Shown piece after piece: positions 26,551 through 34,993 of a stretch of 52,466 nucleotides of DNA; position 1 is the first letter of the stretch; every line of letters starts with the position of its first letter. The stretch is from a virus (lineage: Duplodnaviria > Caudoviricetes). The stretch spans positions 1 to 52,466 of IMG/VR virus record IMGVR_UViG_3300037042_001548. The stretch is one strand, 5' to 3'. The translations under genes and the position numbers were made by a program. Below the pieces are notes generated by a model that worked only from the letters and a program-made list of their open reading frames with translations, did not search any database and was not told the DNA's origin.

Positions 26551-27179
26551 TGGCATGGGCCCCCATTGGATTTGCGAAAGTGGCACCACCGGCAGCCATA
26601 GTCTGGCTTTGGCGCAAAGATGTCGTCGTTTTCAATCTTTTTAATTCTGTCAGTTAGCCATGCTTTCAACACAACCAACTCGGATCGCTTGTACGTGTCA
26701 TGCGGCATGCGCTTGTTGAGGTCTGTGTAGCAAATCTCGGTGGTAACGTAATCAATTTCTGGATTGCATACCATGATGATGGTGGCGTATAGCTTTAGCT
26801 GGTCGCCGTAGTCCCGTTCTTTGCCTGACTTCCAATCCAAAACATGTGCATGCCCATCTTTGTGCCACACAGCGTCATACACGCCGCGCACCCAATACTT
26901 AGGGTCTTTGAAATCACAAGGGACCCAGTCGCGTGTAATGGCAAACTCGGTTTCGCATTGCGTATGCTTTGCAGTAAGTTCTTGTACGTAATCAAGCCAA
27001 AACTTTTGCGTGTCAGGTAGCATGCCTAGGCCCATAATGGCATGCTCAAACTCGCTGTGAATTAGCTTGCCCCGCTCCGCGGCTTCACCTGAAGGCTCTT
27101 TGCGATGCTCAATGCGTGTGAGCTTGTACTTGTAGGGACATTGCTCGTAAGCTTTGATCGATGAATGTGAAAAGCCCAT
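26544..27179 (-). CDS. PD-(D/E)XK exonuclease (Cas4/RecB-like)
   Basis: SHSSIKAYEQCP, RGKLIH, VYDA, LDWKSG, QLKLYA, CRWCHF..C (four Cys). Confidence 0.88.
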   Translation of the reverse strand: MGFSHSSIKAYEQCPYKYKLTRIEHRKEPSGEAAERGKLIHSEFEHAIMGLGMLPDTQKFWLDYVQELTAKHTQCETEFAITRDWVPCDFKDPKYWVRGVYDAVWHKDGHAHVLDWKSGKERDYGDQLKLYATIIMVCNPEIDYVTTEICYTDLNKRMPHDTYKRSELVVLKAWLTDRIKKIENDDIFAPKPDYGCRWCHFRKSNGGPCQW

Positions 27180-27358
27180 TATTGTGACTCCCGTTCTGCA
27201 ACGCGTGCGTCCTCTGCAGCATGATACGCCAGCCGCGTTTGCGCAATTGCGTTAAGCAATTCTTCCTTGCCTGCTGTGTAGTCCCTTCGAATCAAAGCTT
27301 CGTAAGCTTGACGTAAATGCTTTTCTGCCATTAGCATGGGGTGTGCGTAGTCAATCAT
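27179..27358 (-). CDS. hypothetical protein (59 aa)
   Basis: Not in the ORF track; MIDYAHPMLMAEKHLRQAYEAL...; GGAGG RBS; coupled to neighbours. Confidence 0.7.
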   Translation of the reverse strand: MIDYAHPMLMAEKHLRQAYEALIRRDYTAGKEELLNAIAQTRLAYHAAEDARVAERESQ

Positions 27359-27457
27359 TCAAGGCCTCCACACAAACACATCAAGCGCCACCACAACTGC
27401 GCAAACACAAAAGATGATGACATTCCAGCGAATGGACATAAACTTTTCATTGCTCAT
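27359..27457 (-). CDS. small membrane peptide (32 aa)
   Basis: MSNEKFMSIRWNVIIFCVCAVVVALDVFVWRP; AAGGAG/AGG upstream; fills the gap. Confidence 0.6.
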   Translation of the reverse strand: MSNEKFMSIRWNVIIFCVCAVVVALDVFVWRP

Positions 27458-27468
27458 TACCTGCTCCT

Positions 27469-29328
27469 TCATTTGGTTTCCTGATACGTTTCACCGACTT
27501 TGTAATCCGAGACCATAGGCACATCCATGGCCAATGCATTGCACATGCTCCACATTAGTGTTTCTGCCTCGCGCTCAATATGCTCAACCGGCGTTGAGAT
27601 GACCAACTCATCATGCACACTAAGTAGCAATCTACTACCAAGACGGCGCTTTTGATACAGCAGCATAGCGGCCTTGGCCTGATCAGCTGCTGAGCCTTGA
27701 ATTAGCAAGTTGACGCCTTTGTAATCAAACTCCCTAAGGCGGCCGTTGATGATCTTTGGAGGCTCCATCATAACCAACCTACCGCCTAGTGTTTTGATAG
27801 GCTGGCTAAGCTTGTACCGAGTACGCATAACACCTTGCATGGTCTTAAGACCTGGCGCCACCGCTGATGTGTAGGCATCCATCAACGTTTTGGCAAGCTC
27901 ATAGCTAATCTCAAGCATTTCGCTAATCTTTTGCGGCCCTGCGCCATACAAAATGGCAAACGATACGCCTTTGGAGTAGGTACGGGATACTTCCTGGCCG
28001 GCAGCCTCGGACATCAACTTGGCAGCGTAGGTATGCAGATCAGCACGGGCATCCTGCTGGTACTGCTGCATAAGGTTGCCACCTTCAAAGTGCGCAAAGA
28101 TTCGCAGCTCCTGCGCATTGAAATCACATGCTACTAGCTTATGACCTTCATCCGGAAGAATGAAACTACGAATGAGTGGCAATGGGGTTATGTCGAGCTC
28201 TGCGGGGATGATGATTTCGTTTCGTCCCATACTTGCAGTTGCCCCACCGGTAACAATTTTTGGGTAGCGAACAGGCGCATTTTGAAAATTAGGGGTGGAT
28301 GAGAGTCGCCCCGTGCGGGTCCCGCCACGTTCACCTCGTACACTATTCCAGTTCGTGTAGATTCGACCTGTAGATGTAGAAGCTTCCAGCCAGGGCTCAA
28401 TGAAAGTTGACAGGCATGTTGATAGGTTGGCTCTGTAGCGTAGGACACCTTTTAACTCCGTGTGGGTGATGATTTCTTCCAATGTTTCCTTATCCGCCTT
28501 AGGGGATCCTTTGTCCGTAGCGGGCCAGCCATTCTTTTTGTCCCAGTAGTCTGTGGGATAAATACTATCGACCAGCTGCCGATCGCTGTCAACATTCAAC
28601 TCAGGAGACCCAAGCAATGTACGAACCCAAGCATTACACTTTTCAATGTCTATTTGCGCTTGCAATTTTGCTTTTTGCAACCCATCGCGATCAACCCTTA
28701 CGCCTAAACGCGAGTTTTCAAGCAACATGGGGATCAGCGCAATCTCACGTTGATACGGCTCAAACTGCGCCGGCAAAACCAAAGGCTGCAAAAACTCATA
28801 AAGCAAAGAGGTAAGCTTTACATCGGCCTCGGCATAGCGGCCTACCAATTCAACGGGGCCTTTTGAAATGTGCGCGCCCCAGGTAGACTTTTTACGCCTT
28901 GCCTCGTCAACATTGGCAATAACCCAGTCTCGCAATTCATCTCGTTCATTCGGCTCAGCAAGGCTGTAGGTAACCACCAAGTCTTTAAGGGACAAGGACG
29001 GCACATGCGGATTATGCAAGAACGCAAGTATCAGTGTATCGTGCACACGATCAGGCGTAGGCATTGGCAAGCCTAGGTGCGTCTCCGCAACGTCAAGGTC
29101 AAACATTGCGTTGTGAAAGCAGATCTCCCTATCGCTGTCATAGATCAGCTCAAGGATTGTTTGCACCGTACGCTCCGTGGTGTTGTTGCCACTCAAATGG
29201 CCAAAGGCATGGTAACCATTGGGGTACTCACCTTCGGGGTCATAGAGGGCCAATCCGACAGGTCTGGGTGGGTATGCAGGCCGTGGGCCAATGGCCTCTG
29301 TTTCAAAATCAAGGAATACAGGTTTCAT
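27469..29328 (-). CDS. polA: DNA polymerase, family A (3'-5' exonuclease plus polymerase)
   Basis: LDFETE, FHNAMFD, YAEAD, TRTGRLSS.PNFQN, DFNAQELR, RTYSKGVSFAILYG, IQGSAAD, VHDEL. Confidence 0.95.
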   Translation of the reverse strand: MKPVFLDFETEAIGPRPAYPPRPVGLALYDPEGEYPNGYHAFGHLSGNNTTERTVQTILELIYDSDREICFHNAMFDLDVAETHLGLPMPTPDRVHDTLILAFLHNPHVPSLSLKDLVVTYSLAEPNERDELRDWVIANVDEARRKKSTWGAHISKGPVELVGRYAEADVKLTSLLYEFLQPLVLPAQFEPYQREIALIPMLLENSRLGVRVDRDGLQKAKLQAQIDIEKCNAWVRTLLGSPELNVDSDRQLVDSIYPTDYWDKKNGWPATDKGSPKADKETLEEIITHTELKGVLRYRANLSTCLSTFIEPWLEASTSTGRIYTNWNSVRGERGGTRTGRLSSTPNFQNAPVRYPKIVTGGATASMGRNEIIIPAELDITPLPLIRSFILPDEGHKLVACDFNAQELRIFAHFEGGNLMQQYQQDARADLHTYAAKLMSEAAGQEVSRTYSKGVSFAILYGAGPQKISEMLEISYELAKTLMDAYTSAVAPGLKTMQGVMRTRYKLSQPIKTLGGRLVMMEPPKIINGRLREFDYKGVNLLIQGSAADQAKAAMLLYQKRRLGSRLLLSVHDELVISTPVEHIEREAETLMWSMCNALAMDVPMVSDYKVGETYQETK

Positions 29329-29507
29329 GTGTGTTTAGATGTGGTTGATTGCTGTTTGTATACGCGCTTGTTGCGAGGCTGCGTGATGACGATTTCCTCA
29401 GTTGAAAAAACATGCATGTTGTAGCACTCCCTACGCCTGATCACTTTATCATCCACGTTGCGTTTTGATTTGACGTCTGTAGGCGCTCGACACAGCGGGC
29501 ATTTCAT
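29325..29507 (-). CDS. zinc-ribbon protein (NrdR N-terminus-like)
   Basis: MKCPLC...RRRECYNMHVFSTEE. Confidence 0.75.
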   Translation of the reverse strand: MKCPLCRAPTDVKSKRNVDDKVIRRRECYNMHVFSTEEIVITQPRNKRVYKQQSTTSKHT

Positions 29508-29686
29508 TTCCACCCTCCGGGCCAGTCGTCAAACAGCATGCCATCAGGCTTGACTTGATCCATCACCTTGTCCAGAGCATCAAGGGCTCGTTGCGTCTTC
29601 ACTTGGTCAATTGGAAACGGTAAGGTTGCCATATGCAATGCGTCCTGCGCCAGCTTGAGTGCGTTGATGACTTCATCCTTGGTCAT
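29504..29686 (-). CDS. hypothetical protein
   Basis: 60 aa; ATGA-coupled. Confidence 0.7.
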   Translation of the reverse strand: MTKDEVINALKLAQDALHMATLPFPIDQVKTQRALDALDKVMDQVKPDGMLFDDWPGGWK

Positions 29687-29859
29687 GTGTTCCCCCTCGC
29701 CAAATCAAGCAGCGCGCAGACCTCGTCAGCCCTGAGTGTCACGGCCCAAGATCCTGTGTCATACTTTGTGCATCCAAGGTGATCGTCTGTCTCGCACCCG
29801 CTCAACATGGCATACGTCACTCTTGCCTCGATACCGTCCAATAATTCTTTGTCAGTCAT
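29683..29859 (-). CDS. hypothetical protein (58 aa)
   Basis: Not in the ORF track; MTDKELLDGIEARV...LARGNT; ATGA overlaps at both ends. Confidence 0.65.
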   Translation of the reverse strand: MTDKELLDGIEARVTYAMLSGCETDDHLGCTKYDTGSWAVTLRADEVCALLDLARGNT

Positions 29860-30011
29860 GTGTTCCCCCTTGCGTACTCTTTATGGTGCGGGTAGGCAAT
29901 CGGCAGCTTGGCACCGCATCTACTGCACTGGTCGTGGGTGTATCTCCAGTGCTTGCCCATGCAACTGATGTCGTTGCGATGACCTAGTAGTCGGCACAGC
30001 AACTTCCTCAT
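29856..30011 (-). CDS. small Cys/His protein (DUF1660-like, 51 aa)
   Basis: Not in the ORF track; MRKLLCRLLGH...CSRCG; ATGA overlaps. Confidence 0.65.
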   Translation of the reverse strand: MRKLLCRLLGHRNDISCMGKHWRYTHDQCSRCGAKLPIAYPHHKEYARGNT

Positions 30012-30256
30012 GCTTGCCCCCTTGCTCGGATGGCGGCGGCAATATCTCTGGGGTCTGCGCTGTCGCTATCCCAATCCTCAACCATCTTTGCAATCGCCTC
30101 ACGCTCAGCAGCAGCGACGAGGGCGGCAAAGCGTTCAAGCTGTCGCAGTTCTTCAATCTCTGAATCGCACAGGGCATCTTCCTTGCCGTACATGTGTAGC
30201 AAGACGGCGCTGCGTAACCCAGCCTCCTGCGCCATGCGGATGATGTCATCTTTCAT
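30008..30256 (-). CDS. hypothetical protein (paralogue of 32678-32914)
   Basis: DDIIRMAQEAG...ERFAALVAAAERE...AAAIRARG. Confidence 0.75.
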   Translation of the reverse strand: MKDDIIRMAQEAGLRSAVLLHMYGKEDALCDSEIEELRQLERFAALVAAAEREAIAKMVEDWDSDSADPRDIAAAIRARGQA

Positions 30257-30608
30257 GTGTTCTCCTTATCTTGGCTTCGATGGCTCGGGCAGCGTGGGTT
30301 AGTATGGCGCGAGTTGTCGCCGTAGTGTGTTCGCCGAACCCAAGCGCTTCTGCAATCTGCTCGTCCGTCAGCGGCTTGCGCTGTGGTGGTGCGGTGTAGA
30401 GGGGCGCAAGCTGATATGCATTTGCATCGCCATCCGGCGAATGCTGCTCGGGCCAATGCAATGATTTGCCGCCACCCATACGGTGATAAACTGCATACGC
30501 CACAGGCTCCTGCTCTGGCTGCGCCAGCCTCTCGCGCAACTCGTCGCGCTGCGCTTTGATGCACTGGGGTTTGTCGCAGTAGTAACTGCACGAATGGATG
30601 TCAGTCAT
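30246..30608 (-). CDS. hypothetical mosaic phage protein
   Basis: AQPEQEPVA...PLYTAPPQRKPLTDEQI...ARAIEAK motifs typical of phage early small proteins. Confidence 0.75.
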   Translation of the reverse strand: MTDIHSCSYYCDKPQCIKAQRDELRERLAQPEQEPVAYAVYHRMGGGKSLHWPEQHSPDGDANAYQLAPLYTAPPQRKPLTDEQIAEALGFGEHTTATTRAILTHAARAIEAKIRRTHER

Positions 30609-30835
30609 ACCTCATACCCTTCCTTCAGCATCATTGCCCGTGGGTAGTGGTGTTTAAACCGGCCCCACATTTCTTCCCTGTGGTCTTTGTCCTCGCACCA
30701 ATTGAAGAGCCATTCCCAAGAAGCATCCTCGCGGCCTTGCTCAAAGTGGTGCATTGCCCAGTACATTGAGCCGACCACGTTTTTCTGCGCGGTGTAGTAG
30801 TCATTGAGCAGGATCAGCAGCTTAATGTCAGTCAT
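30605..30835 (-). CDS. hypothetical protein
   Basis: Start MTDIKLL in an ATGA overlap. Confidence 0.65.
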   Translation of the reverse strand: MTDIKLLILLNDYYTAQKNVVGSMYWAMHHFEQGREDASWEWLFNWCEDKDHREEMWGRFKHHYPRAMMLKEGYEV

Positions 30836-31014
30836 GACAACGCCTTCCATTTGCTTTTTGGCTCGTTGGCCCTCTCCACATAGAAGTGGATCAAGAAATT
30901 AAAAATCTGCACATACGTCATGTTGATTCCCGTATCGTGCTTGATGCGCTCACGGATCAAGTCGATGTCCTTGGTCACCGGCACGGTGATGCGTTTTGTT
31001 TTTGGGTTGATCAT
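30832..31014 (-). CDS. small putative DNA-binding protein (ribbon-helix-helix-like)
   Basis: MINPKTKRITVPVTKDIDLIRERIK...TYVQIFNFLI; GAAAGG RBS. Confidence 0.65.
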   Translation of the reverse strand: MINPKTKRITVPVTKDIDLIRERIKHDTGINMTYVQIFNFLIHFYVERANEPKSKWKALS

Positions 31015-31035
31015 GTTACCTTTCAAAAGTCAAAA

Positions 31036-31140
31036 TGAGGTGGGGGCCTCGATTTGGGTTTTAGCTTGTTGCAGCAGAAAGCCAGAAAATGCTGCAAATC
31101 ACCATCCTCGAACGCAGGCTTAACAGCCCCCAGAAACTCA
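31036..31140 (-). ncRNA. candidate structured RNA with nested stems and a pseudoknot
   Basis: Pairings TGAG/CTCA, TGGGGGC/GCCCCCA, TCGA/TCGA, TTGCAGCA/TGCTGCAA, plus loop GGCTT complementary to AAGCC. Confidence 0.5.
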
Positions 31141-31878
31141 ATACTTATTGCTAGTTGCAGGGGCCTCGGCCGACTGCTCCTGATCAACCTCACCCGCGGT
31201 TTCAATGGCGCGTTGCGTTTCGATCTTGGCACGCTCCATCAGCGCGCTAATGACCGCCGAGTCCTCAATGGCTTTGATCAGGCTAAAGGTAACCTTGAAC
31301 TGCGTTTTGGCGTCAGGCACCACAGCAATCTCGCTGATCACAGCCAAAGGCGGCCGCTTCAACGTAGTTGCCACCGTCTGCACGTAGGTGCTATAGTTCT
31401 TCAGGCTGGTAACAGGCGGACGCAGCGCGGCAACCTCAGCAGCTTTAACAGCCTCGACCGAGCCAATGCTATCGGCGGGGATCACCAACAGCCGGCGCGT
31501 TTCGCGGCAAGCTTTGCCTTTGCCACCATTTGTTGCCGAGCCCCATTCATTCTTGGGGCAGCCTTCGCAGGTGTCATGCTGCTTGCCTTCGGCGCGATCG
31601 GATGGGCCCATACCGGTTGCAATGGCTGCAATGGCAAAGCACTTCGGCCCAACCAACTTGGTGGGGTCGTACCTGGTGTCATAGTACAGCCGCTCAATAG
31701 GGGCTTGCAGAATCACACACTGCAGCTTATTGCCGGTAATGGGGTTGCCCCGGTAGGTCAGGGCGCCATTCTTGGTGGAAAGGAAGGTAGCACCAAGGCC
31801 GGATTGCTCCGCCTTCACTGAGTCCACGGCCATCTTGGCCAACTCATCTTCAAACAGGGCGACTTGATTTTTCGACAT
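31138..31878 (-). CDS. putative single-stranded DNA-binding protein
   Basis: Start MSKNQVALF; CEGCPKNEWGS..GKGKAC, LRPPVTSLKN, acidic tail; replication context. Confidence 0.6.
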   Translation of the reverse strand: MSKNQVALFEDELAKMAVDSVKAEQSGLGATFLSTKNGALTYRGNPITGNKLQCVILQAPIERLYYDTRYDPTKLVGPKCFAIAAIATGMGPSDRAEGKQHDTCEGCPKNEWGSATNGGKGKACRETRRLLVIPADSIGSVEAVKAAEVAALRPPVTSLKNYSTYVQTVATTLKRPPLAVISEIAVVPDAKTQFKVTFSLIKAIEDSAVISALMERAKIETQRAIETAGEVDQEQSAEAPATSNKY

Positions 31879-31900
31879 GGCTAAAGCTCCTTGTAACATG

Positions 31901-32278
31901 TCACTTGCGACGAACACTGAGTTCCCAAACATCCGACGTGGATGTTCCGGGGATAGACTCGCCTGCTTCCCAGCGCTCACGGAATGCAGTCGAGGACAGC
32001 CGCTTATGCAGCAGTTCAAATTGTTTGGTATCAGCGACGTAGCCATAGAAGGCTTGCCAATCGTTGATGGCGGGGTGACGCACCAGCTTCATAGACAGGG
32101 ACGCCTTATCGCTGGCGGCCTGCGTAATGCCAGCATGCGACATCAAATCCATGATGTCTTTTTCAAGGCCGGCCAGATCTGTGGTGCATTTGCGTACGTC
32201 TTCAGAGAGTGACTCACGGCGAGCCTTGATCTCTACGTACTTGTCAATGAGGTCTTTGATGTTCATAGTACTGCTCAT
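31901..32278 (-). CDS. hypothetical replication-module protein
   Basis: Coiled coil followed by INDWQAFYGYV...ELLHKRLS...IPG. Confidence 0.75.
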   Translation of the reverse strand: MSSTMNIKDLIDKYVEIKARRESLSEDVRKCTTDLAGLEKDIMDLMSHAGITQAASDKASLSMKLVRHPAINDWQAFYGYVADTKQFELLHKRLSSTAFRERWEAGESIPGTSTSDVWELSVRRK

Positions 32279-32691
32279 TTTATGTCATCAACGCCGCTGT
32301 ACTGCATCTCGCTTATAAGCAATTGCATTTCGCATTCCGGCGCAACCCAGCCAACCGGCTTGACCACGTCGTACTGGTTGCCTCGCACAGAGCGTATGTA
32401 GGCATTGGCCGGTTGCTTTTGCATGTTGGACCGGTGCACTATGTCAAACAGCTTGTCAAAGGGCATACCCATGGCGTGTGCGCAGCCCATTGCAACGTAG
32501 ACCAAGTCCACCAACGCGTCCGCCGCGTCAACCAAGTGCCCCTCCTCCACCGCGCGAAGATACTCGCTGAGCTCTTCAAGAATGAACCGCGCAAAGTAAC
32601 TGGTCTCGGTGGGCTGTAGAAACATAGGCCGCTCGCCTATAGGCAAGGACATGGCCTTACGGAACTCACCAACTTTTTCAAAGTTCGTCAT
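32275..32691 (-). CDS. MazG-like all-alpha NTP pyrophosphatase (DR2231/PRA-PH-like)
   Basis: EELSEY...DAADALVDLVYV...VHRSNMQK...KPVGW. Confidence 0.85.
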   Translation of the reverse strand: MTNFEKVGEFRKAMSLPIGERPMFLQPTETSYFARFILEELSEYLRAVEEGHLVDAADALVDLVYVAMGCAHAMGMPFDKLFDIVHRSNMQKQPANAYIRSVRGNQYDVVKPVGWVAPECEMQLLISEMQYSGVDDIK

Positions 32692-32914
32692 CTTCCTTTA
32701 CCTTTCCATTACGGATTGCCTCGGCATTGGCCTGCAACAGGCTACGCCATATGGGATTTTCACATGCCATGGCGTTGCTGTCAACCAGGTTGGCGTCAAG
32801 CTTACGTTGTGCGGCAGCGACAAGGGTGGCGAATTCACGCAGGCATTTGTTTTCGCCATCAAATCCAACAAAACCGGCCTCCCGCGCCATGCGGGTGATG
32901 TCATCCTTAGTCAT
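32678..32914 (-). CDS. hypothetical protein (paralogue of 30008-30256)
   Basis: MTKDDITRMAREAG...REFATLVAAA...AEAIR. Confidence 0.7.
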   Translation of the reverse strand: MTKDDITRMAREAGFVGFDGENKCLREFATLVAAAQRKLDANLVDSNAMACENPIWRSLLQANAEAIRNGKVKEDDEL

Positions 32915-33420
32915 ACTGTAGCCTCCACAAGGAGGTCTTGGAGCCAGTCAGGCTGCGGGCTACGGCCTTTGTTGTACACCAGCGGCATGGCTGCTGCCTT
33001 GCTGGCGTAGTACTTGCGGTAGGACTCGATGTGATCGGCGGACTTGTACTCGTCGGGCATTGCCAATGTAGGTGGCGTCCACCGCAACGGCAAGTCCATC
33101 ATTTCAGGAGGGGCATACATAAGCTCGCGGAACCACACGCCGCGGGACTTATGGTCATGGCCATAGCGCCAGAAAAACTGGCGGCCGAGACCGCTAGCCA
33201 AATCGCTAACCCACTGATAGTTGAGACGGGACTGACGGACCCAGACGGCTGAAGGGTGATTGGCATGTGTGGGGCGGTACGACACTTTGTGGCCGTTGCC
33301 GAAGTGATGGTGCGCAGTGGCCAGAAGCTGGCAGGACTCGATAAGCATTTTGCCGACATGCTTGTCGCAGTGGTACTGCGCGGCAATCAACGGCAGCTGA
33401 TGGAGATAGAAGATGTTCAT
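32911..33420 (-). CDS. pyrimidine-dimer DNA glycosylase (DenV)-like protein
   Basis: MNIFYL..CDKHVGKMLIESCQLL..THANHPSAVWVR..RYG..HKS..AMPDEYK..YRKYY. Confidence 0.75.
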   Translation of the reverse strand: MNIFYLHQLPLIAAQYHCDKHVGKMLIESCQLLATAHHHFGNGHKVSYRPTHANHPSAVWVRQSRLNYQWVSDLASGLGRQFFWRYGHDHKSRGVWFRELMYAPPEMMDLPLRWTPPTLAMPDEYKSADHIESYRKYYASKAAAMPLVYNKGRSPQPDWLQDLLVEATV

Positions 33421-33427
33421 GGTGTCG

Positions 33428-33503
33428 TACCTTTCAAAGATCAAAGACTAGTGGGACAAGTTGCAGCAGCCGAGTGAGTGACTGCTGCTGAGGCGATTAT
33501 ACA
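33428..33503 (-). promoter_or_regulatory. promoter, hairpin and TTTGATCTTTGAAAGG leader
   Basis: TGTATAAT at 33496-33503; stem gcagcag/ctgctgc at 33463-33488; motif at 33428-33445. Confidence 0.7.
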
Positions 33504-33504
33504 C

Positions 33505-33723
33505 TTAGTCGTGACAAACGGCGACGGCCGCCTCCTCAATAGTTGCTGCAATGCGTATGTCCAGCAACTCGCGGATGTCAACGCCTTTCACCTTGGCGGT
33601 GATAAGGTAGGCCTCGGCGGGGAAGGCGGGGTCGATCTCCGTTGCGGTTTGACCGGGTACAAACTCCAGCTCGCAGTCAAGCTCAACGCCGTCAATGGTC
33701 ATGGTGTGCGTGATGATTTGCAT
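33505..33723 (-). CDS. hypothetical acidic protein
   Basis: 72 aa; GGAGG RBS. Confidence 0.7.
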   Translation of the reverse strand: MQIITHTMTIDGVELDCELEFVPGQTATEIDPAFPAEAYLITAKVKGVDIRELLDIRIAATIEEAAVAVCHD

Positions 33724-33725
33724 GA

Positions 33726-33965
33726 TCAGGCCTCCACGTCGTTGCGGTTGATCACGACAATCTCGGGCGTCATGCCAAACTGGATTGCGTACCTAAGCGA
33801 GAACATTTGCGCAAGCAAAGGCTTGCGCATGGCAAGGTACCCATCAAACTCTTCTGTGGAGCGTGCAACCTTGATGTTCTGCTTTGCGCATCGAGCTTCG
33901 AACGCCTCGATTGCATCAAGGAGAGCCTCAATGCGAGCTTTGGGGATGGTGACAGTCTGCGTCAT
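33726..33965 (-). CDS. hypothetical protein
   Basis: Start MTQTVTI behind the GAAAGG RBS. Confidence 0.7.
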   Translation of the reverse strand: MTQTVTIPKARIEALLDAIEAFEARCAKQNIKVARSTEEFDGYLAMRKPLLAQMFSLRYAIQFGMTPEIVVINRNDVEA

Positions 33966-33970
33966 GATTC

Positions 33971-34029
33971 TACCTTTCAAAAGTCAAAGAATGGGAGGCC
34001 AGTCCTAGGCCTCCCGTGAATTATACATC
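33971..34029 (-). promoter_or_regulatory. promoter, hairpin and TTTGACTTTTGAAAGG leader
   Basis: TGTATAAT at 34020-34027; stem gggaggcc/ggcctccc at 33993-34015; motif at 33971-33988. Confidence 0.7.
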
Positions 34030-34993
34030 AGGCCAGCGCCAGGAGTGCCTCGGCAACTTTGGCCTTGACGTTCACCCCGCCGCCGAACCAGGCATTGGCC
34101 AGCCGAGCGTCATTGGTGCGGGCGGTTTCCCAATCCAGGAGCTGCGTAACGGCGTTGAGTGCGCCCCATGCTGTGCCTTTGGCCGACTCCAACTCGGCGC
34201 CGATGCCGGAGCCTTCGAAGAGGGTCAGTGCTCGAGCTGCAGCGCGGCTTGGCTTTTTCTCGTCGCCGCCAAGGATCTTGGTGAAGACGTTCTGTGCTTG
34301 TGCCGAGCTGAGTTTGATGCCGGCCAGGACCTTGGCGGTTTGCTCAAAAGTCTTAAACGCGTCGTTGAACTCGCCGAGCCGCGCCTTGACCGACGCGGGG
34401 TCAAACACGCTGTTGTGGCGAACTTGAACTACGCTTTGCATACCGGCGCCAATTGCAATCTGCATGGTGTTGTTGCACACCACGCGGACAGGGGTCAGCC
34501 GTGCCTGAGTGGCCAGGGAGCCATCGCAGCTCGATGCCAAGAGGAGATATGGGTTGACCTTGTCGCCTGCAACGGCGAACTCGCCATCCATCCGAGCCAG
34601 TGCCCAGTAGTGAGCGCCGTTGCGAAGGACGCCTGCTGTTTCCAGGTGGGCGATCGTGCCGACCATGTCGCGGAAGAATTCCAGCACCTCGATGGGCTGC
34701 ACAATCTTGTAGCTGTTGCTCACCAGGCCAAGGGGCTCCTTGGTATCAGCGCGGTACATCACCTTCTTGCCATGGTAGGCAAGCCGCTCGGTACGCATGC
34801 CGTTCCAAGCCGTCGGGGGGATGTCGAAGTTGACGGTGGCGGTGGCCAATTGGAAGGCCAGACCAGACTCCTCGGCCCAGGTTTCGATGCTGCTATCTTG
34901 CGTGAGACGTTGACCCAGGCCGTGCCAAGGGGTGTCACCAACGTAAGCCATAGCTGCTTTGCCGGTAGAGGTGGATGCGATCATGTGAGCCAT
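34028..34993 (-). CDS. DUF932 / TIGR03299-type phage-plasmid protein
   Basis: MAYVGDTPWHGLG, YKIVQP, ETAGVL, SCDGS, VRVVCNNT, GTAWGALNAVT. Confidence 0.88.
   Translation of the reverse strand: MAHMIASTSTGKAAMAYVGDTPWHGLGQRLTQDSSIETWAEESGLAFQLATATVNFDIPPTAWNGMRTERLAYHGKKVMYRADTKEPLGLVSNSYKIVQPIEVLEFFRDMVGTIAHLETAGVLRNGAHYWALARMDGEFAVAGDKVNPYLLLASSCDGSLATQARLTPVRVVCNNTMQIAIGAGMQSVVQVRHNSVFDPASVKARLGEFNDAFKTFEQTAKVLAGIKLSSAQAQNVFTKILGGDEKKPSRAAARALTLFEGSGIGAELESAKGTAWGALNAVTQLLDWETARTNDARLANAWFGGGVNVKAKVAEALLALA

Noticed and set aside
26544-27179. Cas4 as part of a CRISPR system
   Set aside because: Stand-alone phage PD-(D/E)XK exonuclease in the replication module.
31036-31140. tRNA or tmRNA fragment (GGGGGC...GCCCCCA ends)
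   Set aside because: No cloverleaf, and no properly placed T-arm or anticodon arm; kept only as an unclassified structured RNA.
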